DNA of 64,000 nt from an uncultured Gaiellaceae bacterium (GCA_963697925.1 OY969104.1:945633-1009632); one strand, 5' to 3'; counted from the first letter of the stretch, positions 16,570 through 28,061 are shown. The notes: generated by a model from the sequence alone, not told the origin. Translations and numbers: made by a program.

Positions 16570-17749
16570 GCCCGATGAAGAAGAGCACGAGCACGAGGCC
16601 GATGCCGACGATCGAGACGCGCTCGTAGATCTCCCGGCGCAGCGCCCTCCCGCGTATCCCCTCGACCACGGCGACGGCGATGTGCCCGCCGTCCAGGGGC
16701 AGCAGCGGCAGGAGGTTGAGCAGCGCGATCGAGAGCGAGATCAGGCCCAGCACCCACAGGAAGTTGCTCGTCCCCGCCTTGGCCGCGTCCGATGACCCCT
16801 GCACGATCCCGACGGGGCTCGAGATGTCCTTGCGGCCGTCGCCGGCAACGAGCCGGCCGAGCGAGCGCCCGATCTCGACCGTGACGATCCCGGTCACCCG
16901 GAACGACTCCTTGACGGCCTCCGCCGGCGGCAGGCCCTCGCCACGCAGGACGAAGCCGAGCCGGTAGGCGCCGTCAGTCTCCCTGGCGGCCGTCGGCCCG
17001 AGCGTCACTTGCTGCCCTCCGCGTACGACGACGAGGGTCAGGGGCTTTCCGTCGGAGCCGGAGATCGTGCGGGACACATCTTCCGGGCCGACTGCGACCC
17101 CGTCGATCGAGACGATGCGGTCGCCTGCCTCGAGGCCCATCGAGAGTGCAGGGGAGCCGGCGGAGACAGCGTCGACCGTCGTCGTCGCCTTTCCGCCCGA
17201 CGTGAGGAACAACCCGGCGAAGAGCGCGACGGCGAGCAGGATGTTGGCCGCCGGGCCGGCAAAGATGACGACGATCCGCTTCCAGGTCCGGGCCCGCCAG
17301 TACGCGTCGGGCCCGAGGGCGTCGTCGAGGTCGGTGAGCCCGCGCTCGGCGGCCTTGGCGGCAGGCTCGGAGAGGGCCGCGCCGGCGACGAGATCCCCGA
17401 GCGTGCCGAGCGCCTCGCGGGCGGTGTCGTGGTTGCCGGCGGTGAGCGCCCGGCGCAGCCTGTCGGTCGGTGGGCCGAGATCCGGCGCCTCCTCGACCGC
17501 GAGCGCGAAGGGAAGGTCGACGTCCTTCGCGACGGGACGGTGCATGCCCGGGATCTTCACGAAGCCTCCGAGCGGGATGGCGCCGACCCCGTACTCGATG
17601 CCGTTGCGGCTCGTCTTCCAGACGGCCGGCGGGAAGCCGACGTAGAACTTCCGCGGCCGCATCCGCAGCGCCAGCGACGCGCCGAAATGCCCGAGCTCGT
17701 GGATGAAGATGAGCAGGCCGAGACCGATCAGGGAGACGAAGATGGTCAT
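16541..17749 (-). CDS. rseP: RIP (site-2) zinc metalloprotease
   Basis: MTIFVSLIGLGLLIFIHELGHF (HExxH), a PDZ region, and the C-terminal LNLLPLLPLDGGH motif. ATGA overlap with the dxr stop. Confidence 0.92.
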   Translation of the reverse strand: MTIFVSLIGLGLLIFIHELGHFGASLALRMRPRKFYVGFPPAVWKTSRNGIEYGVGAIPLGGFVKIPGMHRPVAKDVDLPFALAVEEAPDLGPPTDRLRRALTAGNHDTAREALGTLGDLVAGAALSEPAAKAAERGLTDLDDALGPDAYWRARTWKRIVVIFAGPAANILLAVALFAGLFLTSGGKATTTVDAVSAGSPALSMGLEAGDRIVSIDGVAVGPEDVSRTISGSDGKPLTLVVVRGGQQVTLGPTAARETDGAYRLGFVLRGEGLPPAEAVKESFRVTGIVTVEIGRSLGRLVAGDGRKDISSPVGIVQGSSDAAKAGTSNFLWVLGLISLSIALLNLLPLLPLDGGHIAVAVVEGIRGRALRREIYERVSIVGIGLVLVLFFIGLTNDIGRLS

Positions 17750-18825
17750 GCCGCCACGAGCCTCCGCTCGGCCGCTCGCCGTGCGGCGCCGTCTGCCTCC
17801 ACCAGCTCCGCGAGATCGCGTGCAGGCGCCCCGTCGACGGCAGCGAGGGCGTCCTCGACCGCCTCGGCGATGTCGAGGAAGCCGATCTTGCCCGCGAGGA
17901 ACGCCGCTACGGCGACCTCGTTGGCCGCGTTGTAGGCGCAGGGGAACGTGCCGCCGAGCTCGCCGGCACGACGCGCCAGCCCGAGCAGGGGAAATGCGTC
18001 GAGATCCGGCTGCTCGAAGGACAGCTCGAGCCCGGCGAGATCGAGCCGCCGGGCGGGCGTCTCGGCCCGTTCCGGATAGGTGAGGGCGAAGGAGATCGGG
18101 ACGCGCATGTCCGGGTGGCCGAGGTGCGCGAGGAGTGCGCCGTCGCGGAACCGCACGAGCGCATGGACGACGGAGGTCGGATGGACAACCACCTCGAGCC
18201 GGTCGTACCCGAGGCCGAAGAGCCAGTGGGCCTCGATCAGCTCGAGGCCCTTGTTCGCGAGCGTCGCGGAGTCGACGGTGATCTTGGGCCCCATCGTCCA
18301 CGTCGGATGCTCGAGCGCCTCTGCCGGCGTCACCCCGGCGAGATCGGCACGGGAGCGCCCCCGGAAGGGGCCTCCGGACGCGGTCAGGACGAGCGCGTCG
18401 ATCGTCGCGGGCGAGCGGCCCTCGAGGCACTGGAAGAGCGCCGAGTGCTCGCTGTCGACCGGGATCAGCAGCCCTCCCCCACGCTCACGGGAGCCGATCG
18501 CGAGCTCACCCGCCGCGACGAGGCTCTCCTTGTTGGCGAGAGCCAGCGTGATGCCACGCTCGAGCGTCCACAGCGTGGCGTGCACGCCCGCGAAGCCGAC
18601 GATCGCGTTGAGCACGAGGTCCGGCTCGCAGGCCTCGAGCAGCACGGTGGCGTCGCCGCCGACCTGAACGTGCTCGACACCGTGCGCGGCGGCCAGCGCC
18701 TCGAGCGGCGCCGACCCCGACTGCAGGCCGCAGAGCACGAGATCCGGGTCGCGGTCGAGGACGTCGAGCGCCTGGCGGCCGATCGAGCCGGTGGCACCGA
18801 GGAGCGCAACCCGTTTCACGTGCAC
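17746..18825 (-). CDS. dxr: 1-deoxy-D-xylulose-5-phosphate reductoisomerase
   Basis: RVALLGATGSIGRQALDV...LANKESLV...DSEHSA...HPTW is canonical Dxr. GTG start. Confidence 0.93.
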   Translation of the reverse strand: MHVKRVALLGATGSIGRQALDVLDRDPDLVLCGLQSGSAPLEALAAAHGVEHVQVGGDATVLLEACEPDLVLNAIVGFAGVHATLWTLERGITLALANKESLVAAGELAIGSRERGGGLLIPVDSEHSALFQCLEGRSPATIDALVLTASGGPFRGRSRADLAGVTPAEALEHPTWTMGPKITVDSATLANKGLELIEAHWLFGLGYDRLEVVVHPTSVVHALVRFRDGALLAHLGHPDMRVPISFALTYPERAETPARRLDLAGLELSFEQPDLDAFPLLGLARRAGELGGTFPCAYNAANEVAVAAFLAGKIGFLDIAEAVEDALAAVDGAPARDLAELVEADGAARRAAERRLVAA

Positions 18826-18874
18826 AGAATGCCTGTCGCGCGGCCGCTCGCGCAGGGCGCCGCGACGGCGGCGC

Positions 18875-19666
18875 TCACGTCAGCGCGAGCACGAGGTAGT
18901 ACGCCGTGGGCCCCGCCCACAGCAGCGAGTCGACCCGATCGAGCACGCCCCCGTGGCCTGCCAGCACCCGGCCCGAGTCCTTGACGCCGAGATCACGCTT
19001 GATCGCGCTCTCGAACAGGTCGCCGAGAGCTGCGGCAAAGGCGATGGCCGCTCCGAACAGCACGGCCTCCCAGTTGGAGAGGAATCCCTGGTCGTACAGG
19101 GCGAAGAACGACACTGCGATCGCGACGAGCGTCCCGGCGACGAGCCCCTCCCACGACTTGCCAGGAGAGATCCTGGGCGCCATCTTGTGACGCCCTACGA
19201 GACGCCCGACGAAGTAGGCGGCGGTGTCGTCCGCGAACACCGTCAGGAGCACCGTGAAGATGACGAGGCGCCCGTCGCCCGGGATGTCCCGCAAGAGCAG
19301 GAGTGCCCCCAGCCCGCCTCCGACCCAGACCACGCCCAGCAGCGTGAGCGAGATCGCCGCCGCCGCCGACGGCCGTGCGTCGGAGAAGCCGAAGACGACG
19401 AACGCCACCAGGACGGCCGAGAAGAGACCCCCCATCATCCACGGCGCCCCACCGGCCTCGACGCCCAACAGGGTCAGCACGAGGCCCACGTAGCCGCCCA
19501 GCACGAGCGGCCGGAGGCCCCGGCCCATCACGTACAGCTCGTGCAGCGCCATCAGGCCCCCACCGAGCGCCAGTGCGAACAGCCACCAGCCGCCGAGCCA
19601 GACGACGCCGAGCACGGCTGGCAGCAGCACGAGCGCCACCACGATGCGCGACCAGAACGCGCTCAT
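18875..19666 (-). CDS. cdsA: phosphatidate cytidylyltransferase
   Basis: It is polytopic and carries the C-terminal signature SAIKRDLGVKDSGRVLAGHGGVLDRVDS. ATGA overlap with the uppS stop. Confidence 0.9.
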   Translation of the reverse strand: MSAFWSRIVVALVLLPAVLGVVWLGGWWLFALALGGGLMALHELYVMGRGLRPLVLGGYVGLVLTLLGVEAGGAPWMMGGLFSAVLVAFVVFGFSDARPSAAAAISLTLLGVVWVGGGLGALLLLRDIPGDGRLVIFTVLLTVFADDTAAYFVGRLVGRHKMAPRISPGKSWEGLVAGTLVAIAVSFFALYDQGFLSNWEAVLFGAAIAFAAALGDLFESAIKRDLGVKDSGRVLAGHGGVLDRVDSLLWAGPTAYYLVLALT

Positions 19667-20379
19667 CTGGCCCCGAAGCGCCGCTGCCGGCTCGCGTACT
19701 CGGCCAGCGCGCCGCGGAGGTCGTCCGCGCCGAAGTCCGGCCACAGCGTCTCGGTGAAGACGAGCTCCGCGTAGGCCGCCTCCCAGAGCATGAAGTTGGA
19801 GAGTCGCAGCTCGCCGGACGTGCGGATGAGGAGGTCGAGCTCGGGCAGCAGGGGAGCGTAGAGCCGGGCTGCGACGGCTGCCTCGTCGACGTCTGCCGCG
19901 GCGAGCCCGTCGCTGACGATACGCCGCGCCGCCTCGACGATCTCGGCCCGCCCGCCGTAGTCGAAGGCGATCCACAGCAACAGCGTGTCACGGTGCGCGG
20001 TCTCGGCCTCGAGCGTGGCCATCTTCGCCCGCAGGATCTCCGAGACCCTGTCGCGGCGGCCGATGAAGCGCGTGCGCACCCCCTGCAGAGCGAGATCGGG
20101 CAGCTCGCGCTCGATCGTCTCGTCGAGGATCTCCATCAGGGTCGCCACCTCGTCTGCGGGGCGCGCCCAGTTCTCGGTGGAGAACCCGTAGACGACGAGC
20201 GAGCGCACGCCGAGGTCGACGGCGGCTTCGACGGTGCGCCGGAGCGCCCGGGTCCCCTCGCGGTGCCCGTCCGCCACGCTGAGCCCATGGGCCTTGGCCC
20301 AGCGCCCGTTGCCGTCCATGATCACGGCGACGCTCAGGGCGTTGCCCTGGTGATCGTCTGCTCGAGCGGAAGACGGCAT
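19663..20379 (-). CDS. uppS: isoprenyl (undecaprenyl) diphosphate synthase
   Basis: VAVIMDGNGRWA...YGFSTENW...IRTSGELRLSNFMLWEAAYAEL is canonical cis-prenyltransferase. Confidence 0.92.
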   Translation of the reverse strand: MPSSARADDHQGNALSVAVIMDGNGRWAKAHGLSVADGHREGTRALRRTVEAAVDLGVRSLVVYGFSTENWARPADEVATLMEILDETIERELPDLALQGVRTRFIGRRDRVSEILRAKMATLEAETAHRDTLLLWIAFDYGGRAEIVEAARRIVSDGLAAADVDEAAVAARLYAPLLPELDLLIRTSGELRLSNFMLWEAAYAELVFTETLWPDFGADDLRGALAEYASRQRRFGAR

Positions 20380-20405
20380 CGTCAGCGGGCCGACCGTCGC
20401 CGCGG

Positions 20406-20969
20406 TCAAACCTCCATGATCTCGGCTTCCTTGTGCTTCAGCAGCTCGTCGATGCGCTTCACGTGCTCGTCGGTCAGCTTCTGCACCTGGGCCTCGGCCC
20501 GGCGCTCCTCGTCGTCGCCGACCTCCCCGTTGCGGACGAGCTCCTCCAGGTGCTTCATCACGTCGCGACGGACGTTCCGGGTCGCGATCTTGCCCTCCTC
20601 GCCGAGACGACGGACCACCTTGACGAGCTCCTTGCGCCGCTCCTCGGTCAACTGCGGGATCGGCAGCCGGATCATCTTCCCGTCGTTGGACGGGGTGAGC
20701 CCGAGGTCGGACTCGAGGATCGCCTTCTCGATCGCCTTGATCTGCGAGACGTCGTACGGCTGGATCGAAAGCAGGCGCGCCTCGGTGGCCGAGATGGTCG
20801 CCATGTTGTTGAGTGGCGTGGGAGTCCCGTAGTAGTCGATCGTGATGCGGTCGAGCAGGGCCGCCGAAGCGCGCCCGGTGCGCACGCTGTTGAACTCGGT
20901 GCGGGTCGAGTCGATCGACTTGTCCATGCGTACCTCGCAGTCGGCGAGGAAGTCCTCGATTGCTCCCAT
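20406..20969 (-). CDS. frr: ribosome recycling factor
   Basis: 187 aa. ...EFNSVRTGRASAALLDRITIDYYGTPTPLNNMATIS...LPIPQLTEERRKELVK. Confidence 0.95.
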   Translation of the reverse strand: MGAIEDFLADCEVRMDKSIDSTRTEFNSVRTGRASAALLDRITIDYYGTPTPLNNMATISATEARLLSIQPYDVSQIKAIEKAILESDLGLTPSNDGKMIRLPIPQLTEERRKELVKVVRRLGEEGKIATRNVRRDVMKHLEELVRNGEVGDDEERRAEAQVQKLTDEHVKRIDELLKHKEAEIMEV

Positions 20970-22536
<1,567 letters not shown>

Positions 22537-22540
<4 letters not shown>

Positions 22541-23583
22541 GCTTCCTCCCTCTCGACGGCCGGCGCCTCCGGGGCGATTGCCTCCTCCGGGGCTGCCTCT
22601 TCTGCAGGGGCTTCCTCCACGGCAGCTGCCTCCGCAGGCGGCGCGGCCGGCTCGGGGGCGGCCGCTGCTGCCTCGGCAGGTGCGGCGTCCTCGGCGGGCG
22701 GAGGCGCGGCCGGCTTCTCCTCGGGCGTCGGCTGCTGCTCTGCCGGTGCCTGCTGCTCCGCCGGTGCCTGCTGCTCCGCCGGTGCCTGCGGCTCTGCCGC
22801 TGCCTGCGGCTCCGCCGGTGCCTGCGGCTCCGCCGCTGCCTGCTGCTCCGCAGCGGCCGCGGCCTCGGCCTCGGCAGCGGCGGCGAAGTCCCGTGCCGAC
22901 ACCTTGGTCTGGCCGGCGGCGATCCCGTCTGCGATCGCACGGACGATCAGCGAGCACGAGCGGATCGCGTCGTCGTTCCCTGGGATCACGTAATCCGCCT
23001 CGTCAGGATCGCAATTCGTGTCGACGAGGGCGATCACGGGCAGCTTCAGGCGCTGCGCCTCGCGCACCGCGAGCTGCTCCTTCTTCAGGTCAACGATGAA
23101 GATCGCGTCCGGCTGGCGGCGCATGTCGGCGACCCCGCCGAGGTTCGACTCGAGCTTCTCGAGCTCGGCCTCCATTGCGATCCGCTCCTTTGCGGGAAGA
23201 AGCGCCAGCTGGCCGTCGGTCTTGAGGCGGCGCAGGTCGTGGAGATAGGCGATGCGATCGGTGATCGTGCGCCAGTTCGTGAGCAGGCCGCCGAGCCAGC
23301 GGTTCGCCACGAACGGCATGCCGACCCGTGTGGCCTCGTCGCGGACAGCGTTCTGCGCCTGCTTTTTCGTGCCGACGAAGAGGATCGTGCCACCGCGCTC
23401 GGCGATGTTGCGCGCGAAGTCGTGCGCCTCCTGCACGAGCTGTTGCGACTTCTGCAGGTCGATGATGTAGATGCCGCCACGCTCGGTGAAGATGAAGCGC
23501 TTCATCTTCGGGTTCCAGCGTCGCGTCTGGTGGCCGAAGTGGACTCCAGCCTCCAGTAGCTCCTTCATGGAGACGACTGCCAA
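22537..23583 (-). CDS. rpsB: 30S ribosomal protein S2 with about 90-aa Ala/Glu/Pro/Gln-rich C-terminal extension
   Basis: A TTG start gives the conserved N-terminus [27 protein letters not shown], with AAGGGG upstream. The tail carries [12 protein letters not shown] hexapeptide repeats. Confidence 0.92.
22732..22857 (-). repeat. about 7 tandem copies of an 18-nt unit (CTGCKGCTCYGCCGSTGC on the plus strand) inside the rpsB tail
   Basis: Counted directly. The units start at 22732, 22750, 22768, 22786, 22804, 22822 and 22840. They are in frame and encode (A-E-P/Q-Q-A-P)n. Confidence 0.85.
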
Positions 23584-23769
23584 CGGGACCAGCCCCTTTC
23601 GTGATGGTTTCTGGGTGTACTGCTCCGGCGGGCCTGGGCGGAACCCGTCCCGAGGCCCGAGCGCAGATGCGGCCGGGGAGGGACGTGGCACCACCGCCCG
23701 GGCGCTGATCGCCGGGTCGACGGGAAGAGAACGGCTCTCATGGTAGCGCGAGCCGTCGGTGCCCGCGTG

Positions 23770-24675
23770 CTAGCCGGCGGCCTCTCTGGCCCGTTGCAGC
23801 GCGAGCTCGAGGTCCGGGGGCAGCGCCGAGGTCACCTCGACCTCCTCGGCCGTGAACGGATGGGTGAAGCGGAGCCGGTGGGCGTGGAGGAATTGCCGCT
23901 CGAGCCCGAGGACCGAGGCGGCCCCGTACACGGGATCGCCCGCCACGGGCAGCCCGATCGACTCGAGGTGCACGCGGATCTGATGCGTGCGGCCGGTCTC
24001 GAGCCGTACTTCGAGCAGCGCGTAGCCCCGGAGCTGCTCGAGCAGCTCGAACCACGTGACGGCCTCGCGCGGGGTCGGCGTGTCGAGCGAGTGGCGCGAC
24101 CTGTCCTTCCGATCGCGGCCCATGGGCGCCTCGATGCGGCCACTGCGCGAGCGTGGCGAGCCGACGACGAGGGCGAGGTAGGTGCGCTCCACGCGCCGCT
24201 CGCGAATCAGCTCCTGCAGCCTCGAGTGCGCCTCGCTCGACCGCGCCACGAGGAGCAGGCCGGACGTGTCCTTGTCGAGCCGGTGGACGATGCCGGGGCG
24301 CTCCTCGTCGTCTCCTCCCTCGGCTCCGAGCCCGAGGAGCCCGTGCACGAGCGTTCCCGTCCGCGTCCCCCCCGCCGGGTGCACCACGAGACCTGCGGGC
24401 TTGTCGACCACGAGCAGGTGCTCGTCCTCCCAGGCCACCGGAATCTCGAGCGCCTCCGGCACGAGCACGCTGGCAGCCGGGACATCCACTTCGATCCGCT
24501 CTCCGCCGGAGAGCCGGTGGCTCTTGGGACGCCGGTCTCCGTCCACCAGCGCGGCTCCGGACGCGATCAGGCGCTCCGCGAGCGCCCGGGAAGCGATCTC
24601 CGGCCGCGCGGCGAGGACACGATCGAGCCGCGCACCGGCCTCGCTCTCAGAGGCGTGAAAGCGGAGCCGTGCCAA
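23770..24675 (-). CDS. rluD: RluA-family 23S rRNA pseudouridine synthase (RluD-like)
   Basis: It has an N-terminal S4 domain, the HRLDKDTSGLLLVA catalytic motif, and the C-terminal HQIRVH...GDPVYG motif. Confidence 0.9.
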   Translation of the reverse strand: MARLRFHASESEAGARLDRVLAARPEIASRALAERLIASGAALVDGDRRPKSHRLSGGERIEVDVPAASVLVPEALEIPVAWEDEHLLVVDKPAGLVVHPAGGTRTGTLVHGLLGLGAEGGDDEERPGIVHRLDKDTSGLLLVARSSEAHSRLQELIRERRVERTYLALVVGSPRSRSGRIEAPMGRDRKDRSRHSLDTPTPREAVTWFELLEQLRGYALLEVRLETGRTHQIRVHLESIGLPVAGDPVYGAASVLGLERQFLHAHRLRFTHPFTAEEVEVTSALPPDLELALQRAREAAG

Positions 24676-25243
24676 CGCGTGGGCTCGTCCGGTCGGCGGC
24701 CACGAGCGAGGCGAAGAGGAGCCCCACGCCCACGACGATGAAGGTGTCCGCGAGGTTGAACGCCGGCCAGTAGTCGAAGTCGAGAAAGTCGGTCACGTGC
24801 CCGAGCCGGACGCGGTCGACGAGGTTCGAGACACTACCGCCGATCACGAGCCCGAGCGACACCGGGAGCAGCGGATGGCGCTGAGCGGCACGGGCGAAGA
24901 ACAGCAGCATCGCACCGACCGCAGCCGCGGTGAGGACGATCACGACGGTGGTCGAGTTGGAGAACAGGCCGAAGGCGATGCCGGTGTTGTGCACGTGGTG
25001 GATGCTGAACGGGCCGAGCATCGCCACGGCGTCGCCGAGCCCGAGCTGGCTCGAGACCACCCACTTCGTCAGCTGGTCGGCCAGGACGCCGGCGCCGGCG
25101 ACGACGAGGAGCGAGACCCACTGCACCGGTCCGGCGCCGAGCGCGCGCTCCGCGCTCGAGATCGGCTGCAGCGCGTTCGTCGCCGAGCCGACACGGATGT
25201 CGAGGTGCTGGCCTGTCCTCTCCGTGTGCGCCCGGTCGCTCAA
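24647..25243 (-). CDS. lspA: lipoprotein signal peptidase II
   Basis: ...NTGIAFGLF...GGSVSNLVDRV..GHVTDFLDF..WPAFNLAD is canonical LspA. The start is uncertain because the long N-terminus overlaps the dksA-like stop (ATGA). Confidence 0.88.
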   Translation of the reverse strand: MSDRAHTERTGQHLDIRVGSATNALQPISSAERALGAGPVQWVSLLVVAGAGVLADQLTKWVVSSQLGLGDAVAMLGPFSIHHVHNTGIAFGLFSNSTTVVIVLTAAAVGAMLLFFARAAQRHPLLPVSLGLVIGGSVSNLVDRVRLGHVTDFLDFDYWPAFNLADTFIVVGVGLLFASLVAADRTSPRVGTAPLSRL

Positions 25244-25596
25244 CCGCGCTCGAGCTTCCTCTTGTCGTCGAGGCAGAGAGAGGCGTACGGAACAGCGGCG
25301 AGGCGCTCCTCCGGGATCTCGGCGCCACAGACGGTGCAGACCCCGTAGGTGCCGGCGGTGATCCGCCCGAGCGCCTCGTCGATCTCCACGACCATGTGGT
25401 TCGCGTTCTCCTCGAGAGTGTCGTCGAGCTCACGGTCCAGGATCCCGCTCGCGTGGTCGGCGAGGTGCTGGTCGCCTGCAGCCGAGTTGATCTCGCCGCT
25501 GTCCGCGTCGTCGGCAACGAGCCCCTCTGCGGCGCTCAGGATCCGCTCGCGCAGCGAGACGAGCTCGGCCCGACGAGCATCGAGATCCAGTGTCAC
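25240..25596 (-). CDS. TraR/DksA-family C4 zinc-finger protein
   Basis: It has a coiled-coil N-terminus and GTYGVCTVCGAEIPEERLAAVPYASLCLDD (CxxC-17-C). AAGGAG SD and GTG start. Confidence 0.85.
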   Translation of the reverse strand: MTLDLDARRAELVSLRERILSAAEGLVADDADSGEINSAAGDQHLADHASGILDRELDDTLEENANHMVVEIDEALGRITAGTYGVCTVCGAEIPEERLAAVPYASLCLDDKRKLERG

Positions 25597-25883
25597 ACGG
25601 TCTCCTTTCCGGCGGCAGTGAGCCGCCGTTCGGCTTCCTCGAGAGTGATGCCCGAGAGCTCGACGACCTTGTCGCGCGACGATGCGCCCGCGACGAGCCG
25701 GACGTCGGGCCGCAGCATGCCGACGGTGTCGGCGATCAGCTCGACGACGTCCGCGTTGGCGCGGCCGCGCTCGGGCGGCGCCGTCACCCTCACCTTCCAG
25801 GAATCGCCGTAGCGGCCGACGACTGCCGCGCGGCCCGCGCCGGGCGAGACACGAAGGCGCAGCCGGATGGCGTTGGGCTCCAT
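25593..25883 (-). CDS. DUF167 (YggU) family protein
   Basis: LRLRVSPGAGRAAVVG.YGDSWKVRVTAPPERGRANADVVELIA is the DUF167 signature. It overlaps the downstream start (GTGTGA). Confidence 0.8.
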   Translation of the reverse strand: MEPNAIRLRLRVSPGAGRAAVVGRYGDSWKVRVTAPPERGRANADVVELIADTVGMLRPDVRLVAGASSRDKVVELSGITLEEAERRLTAAGKETV

Positions 25884-25930
25884 GGCCCAAGGATAGTCGC
25901 GGTGGCGAGTCCCCCGTTCCAGACGTCCGC

Positions 25931-26440
25931 TCAGGCGAGCCGGCGCAGCCCCGGGTCGGTCGGCTCGTCCGTCCCGGGCGAGGATGCCTCGGTGGCCGTC
26001 TCGTCGGGGTGCTCCGGCGTCGCCTCGATCCCGGGTGACTCCTCGACGACCTCGAGCGCCGAGCGCAGAAGGGACTGGATGCGGCGGACGTCGCCCATCA
26101 GCGACTCCTTCTCGGTGATCGCGTCGCGCAGGAGCTTCCGTGCCTCGGCGTTCGCCTCGGAGACGATCACGTCGGCCTCGCGGCGCGCCGTTTCCTTCAT
26201 CTCCTGTGAGGCTCGCTCCGCGGAGACGAGCGTCGAGCGCAGGAGACCCTCGAGCTCGACGTGCCGGGAGACCTCGGTCTCGAGCTCCTCGACCCGCTCC
26301 GCGAGCTGCGAACGCTCGCGCCATACCGACTCGAAGCTCTCTGCGATGTCGTCCATCATCCGGTGCACGACGGCTTTCCGGTAGCCGAAGAACCCGCGTT
26401 TCAGCTCCAGGTGCCTGATCTCAACAGGGGTGAGTGCCAT
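25931..26440 (-). CDS. divIVA: DivIVA-domain cell-pole/division protein
   Basis: MALTPVEIRHLELKRGFFGYRKAVVHRMMDDI is the DivIVA N-terminal lipid-binding domain. A coiled coil follows. Confidence 0.9.
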   Translation of the reverse strand: MALTPVEIRHLELKRGFFGYRKAVVHRMMDDIAESFESVWRERSQLAERVEELETEVSRHVELEGLLRSTLVSAERASQEMKETARREADVIVSEANAEARKLLRDAITEKESLMGDVRRIQSLLRSALEVVEESPGIEATPEHPDETATEASSPGTDEPTDPGLRRLA

Positions 26441-26469
26441 TGGCTATTCCCTTCTCGTTCGCTTCGCTC

Positions 26470-26778
26470 TCACAACAGGCGCCCGATCAGCTCGACCAGC
26501 ACGCGCTGGGCGATGACGAGCGTGAACACGGCCACGATCGGCGAGAGATCGAGCGGGCCGAGCGTCGGCAGAAAGCGGCGGAAGATGCGCAGAAACGGGC
26601 CACACACGTCGTCCAGGAAGCGCTGGACTGGCATCAGCCCGTGAGGCAGCCGGATCCAGGACGTGACCACGTACGCCAGGATCAGGAGGATGTAGATCGT
26701 GAAGAAGACGTCCACGAACCGCTGCACCGACGAGGCAGTGTCGGCGAGCAAGGAAGAGATGGCGCAGAATCCGCCCAC
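26470..26778 (-). CDS. YggT-family membrane protein
   Basis: FTIYILLILAYVVTSWIRLP...VQRFLDDVCGPFLRIFRRFLPTLGPLDLSPIVA is the YggT signature. The GTG start is a guess. Confidence 0.8.
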   Translation of the reverse strand: MGGFCAISSLLADTASSVQRFVDVFFTIYILLILAYVVTSWIRLPHGLMPVQRFLDDVCGPFLRIFRRFLPTLGPLDLSPIVAVFTLVIAQRVLVELIGRLL

Positions 26779-26837
26779 GTGGGTGCATTCTGCGCGCCCG
26801 CGGGGCTTCCTGCGAGCGGTGCTGCCCTGGCCGGCGC

Positions 26838-27392
26838 TCAGGCCTGGTTGAAGAACCCGCCGGGATCGAGCATCCGCGCCCGCTCCTCCGCCGAGACCTC
26901 GACGTTTCGGGGCGTCAACAGGAACACCTTGTCCGCCACCCGCTGCATGCTGCCGTCGAGCGCGTAGGTGAGCCCGCTCGCGAAGTCGATCAGCCGCTTC
27001 GAGAGCTCGTTGTCGGCGCTCTGCAGGTTCAGGATCACCGGCACCTGGTCCTTGAACCGGTCTGCGATCTGCTGGGCGTCGTTGAAGCTGCGCGGCACGA
27101 CGAGGTGCACGCTGGCGCGGGACGACTCGACGCCGCGCAGCCGTGACGAGCGCGAGGGCCTGGCCTGCGCGGCCGCCGCATGTGTCGCGGCCACGTCGCC
27201 GACGCTGTCGGCGTCCGTCCACGAGTCGGGCTCACGCCTCCGTGGCAGGCGGCGGACGTTCTGGCGGCTGGAGCGGGAGCGGTAGTCGCGCTCGAGCTCC
27301 TCCTGGGTCGCGAGGCCGTCCTCGTCCCACTCCTCGTCTTCGGCGATGCCGAAGTAGACGAGCGTGCGGTTCCAGACGTCGGACAGGCCCAT
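26838..27392 (-). CDS. sepF: cell division protein SepF
   Basis: MGLSDVWNRTLVYFGIAEDE...VPRSFNDAQQIADRFKDQVPVILNL...RLIDFASGLTYALDGSMQRVADKVFLLTP. Confidence 0.92.
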   Translation of the reverse strand: MGLSDVWNRTLVYFGIAEDEEWDEDGLATQEELERDYRSRSSRQNVRRLPRRREPDSWTDADSVGDVAATHAAAAQARPSRSSRLRGVESSRASVHLVVPRSFNDAQQIADRFKDQVPVILNLQSADNELSKRLIDFASGLTYALDGSMQRVADKVFLLTPRNVEVSAEERARMLDPGGFFNQA

Positions 27393-27437
27393 GACGAGGG
27401 GATCCTAGACGAGCCGGATGACGGGACCGACCGAAGG

Positions 27438-28061
27438 TCAGCGGAAGAGCGAGCTGCCGACCCGGATCAGCGTCGCGCCCTCCTCGACGGCTATGCGCCA
27501 GTCCTGCGACGTGCCCATCGAGAGCTCGGCCAGGCCGTGGTCCCGGGCGAGCCGCGCGAGCCGGGCGAAGGCAGGGCGGCTCGCCTCGGGCTCGTCCGTG
27601 AGAGGAGGCATCGTCATCAGGCCCCGGATGAAGGGGAAGCGCTCCAGATAGCCCTCGATCTCGCGCTCGTCGACACCGCTCTTCGACTCCTCGCCGGCCA
27701 GATTGACCTCGAGCAGGGCGGGCACGGTGAGCCGGCGCGCGGCCGACTCGGTGTCGAGCGAGTGCACGAGCTCGCAGCAGCCGTTGACGATCTTGACCTT
27801 GTTGGACTGCAGGGCACCGATGAAGTGCCAGCGGAACGCGGCGCCGAACTGCGCCTGCTTGCGGGCGAGATCCTGCGCGCGGTTCTCGCCCACCACCTCG
27901 ATGCCCGCCGCCACGAGCACCTCCATCTGCTCGAGCGGCACGTACTTCGTGGCCGCGACGACGGTGACAGCCGCGCCTGCCTCGGCGCGGATCGCCTCGT
28001 AGGCCTCCCTGACGCTCTCTGCCCTCACCGCAGCTCCTTCGCCGCCAGGTCGAGGAGCCAT
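27438..28061 (-). CDS. YggS-family pyridoxal-phosphate homeostasis protein
   Basis: VVAATKYV...VGENRAQDL...HFIGALQSNKVK...LSMGTSQDW...GATLIRVGSSLF. Confidence 0.9.
   Translation of the reverse strand: MAPRPGGEGAAVRAESVREAYEAIRAEAGAAVTVVAATKYVPLEQMEVLVAAGIEVVGENRAQDLARKQAQFGAAFRWHFIGALQSNKVKIVNGCCELVHSLDTESAARRLTVPALLEVNLAGEESKSGVDEREIEGYLERFPFIRGLMTMPPLTDEPEASRPAFARLARLARDHGLAELSMGTSQDWRIAVEEGATLIRVGSSLFR

Noticed and set aside
25240-28061. I asked whether the dksA-like/DUF167/divIVA/yggT/sepF/yggS block was unusual.
   Set aside because: This is the standard distal end of the actinobacterial and Gram-positive dcw cluster (ylmE-sepF-ylmG-divIVA, then lspA-rluD). Nothing anomalous was seen beyond the tight overlaps.
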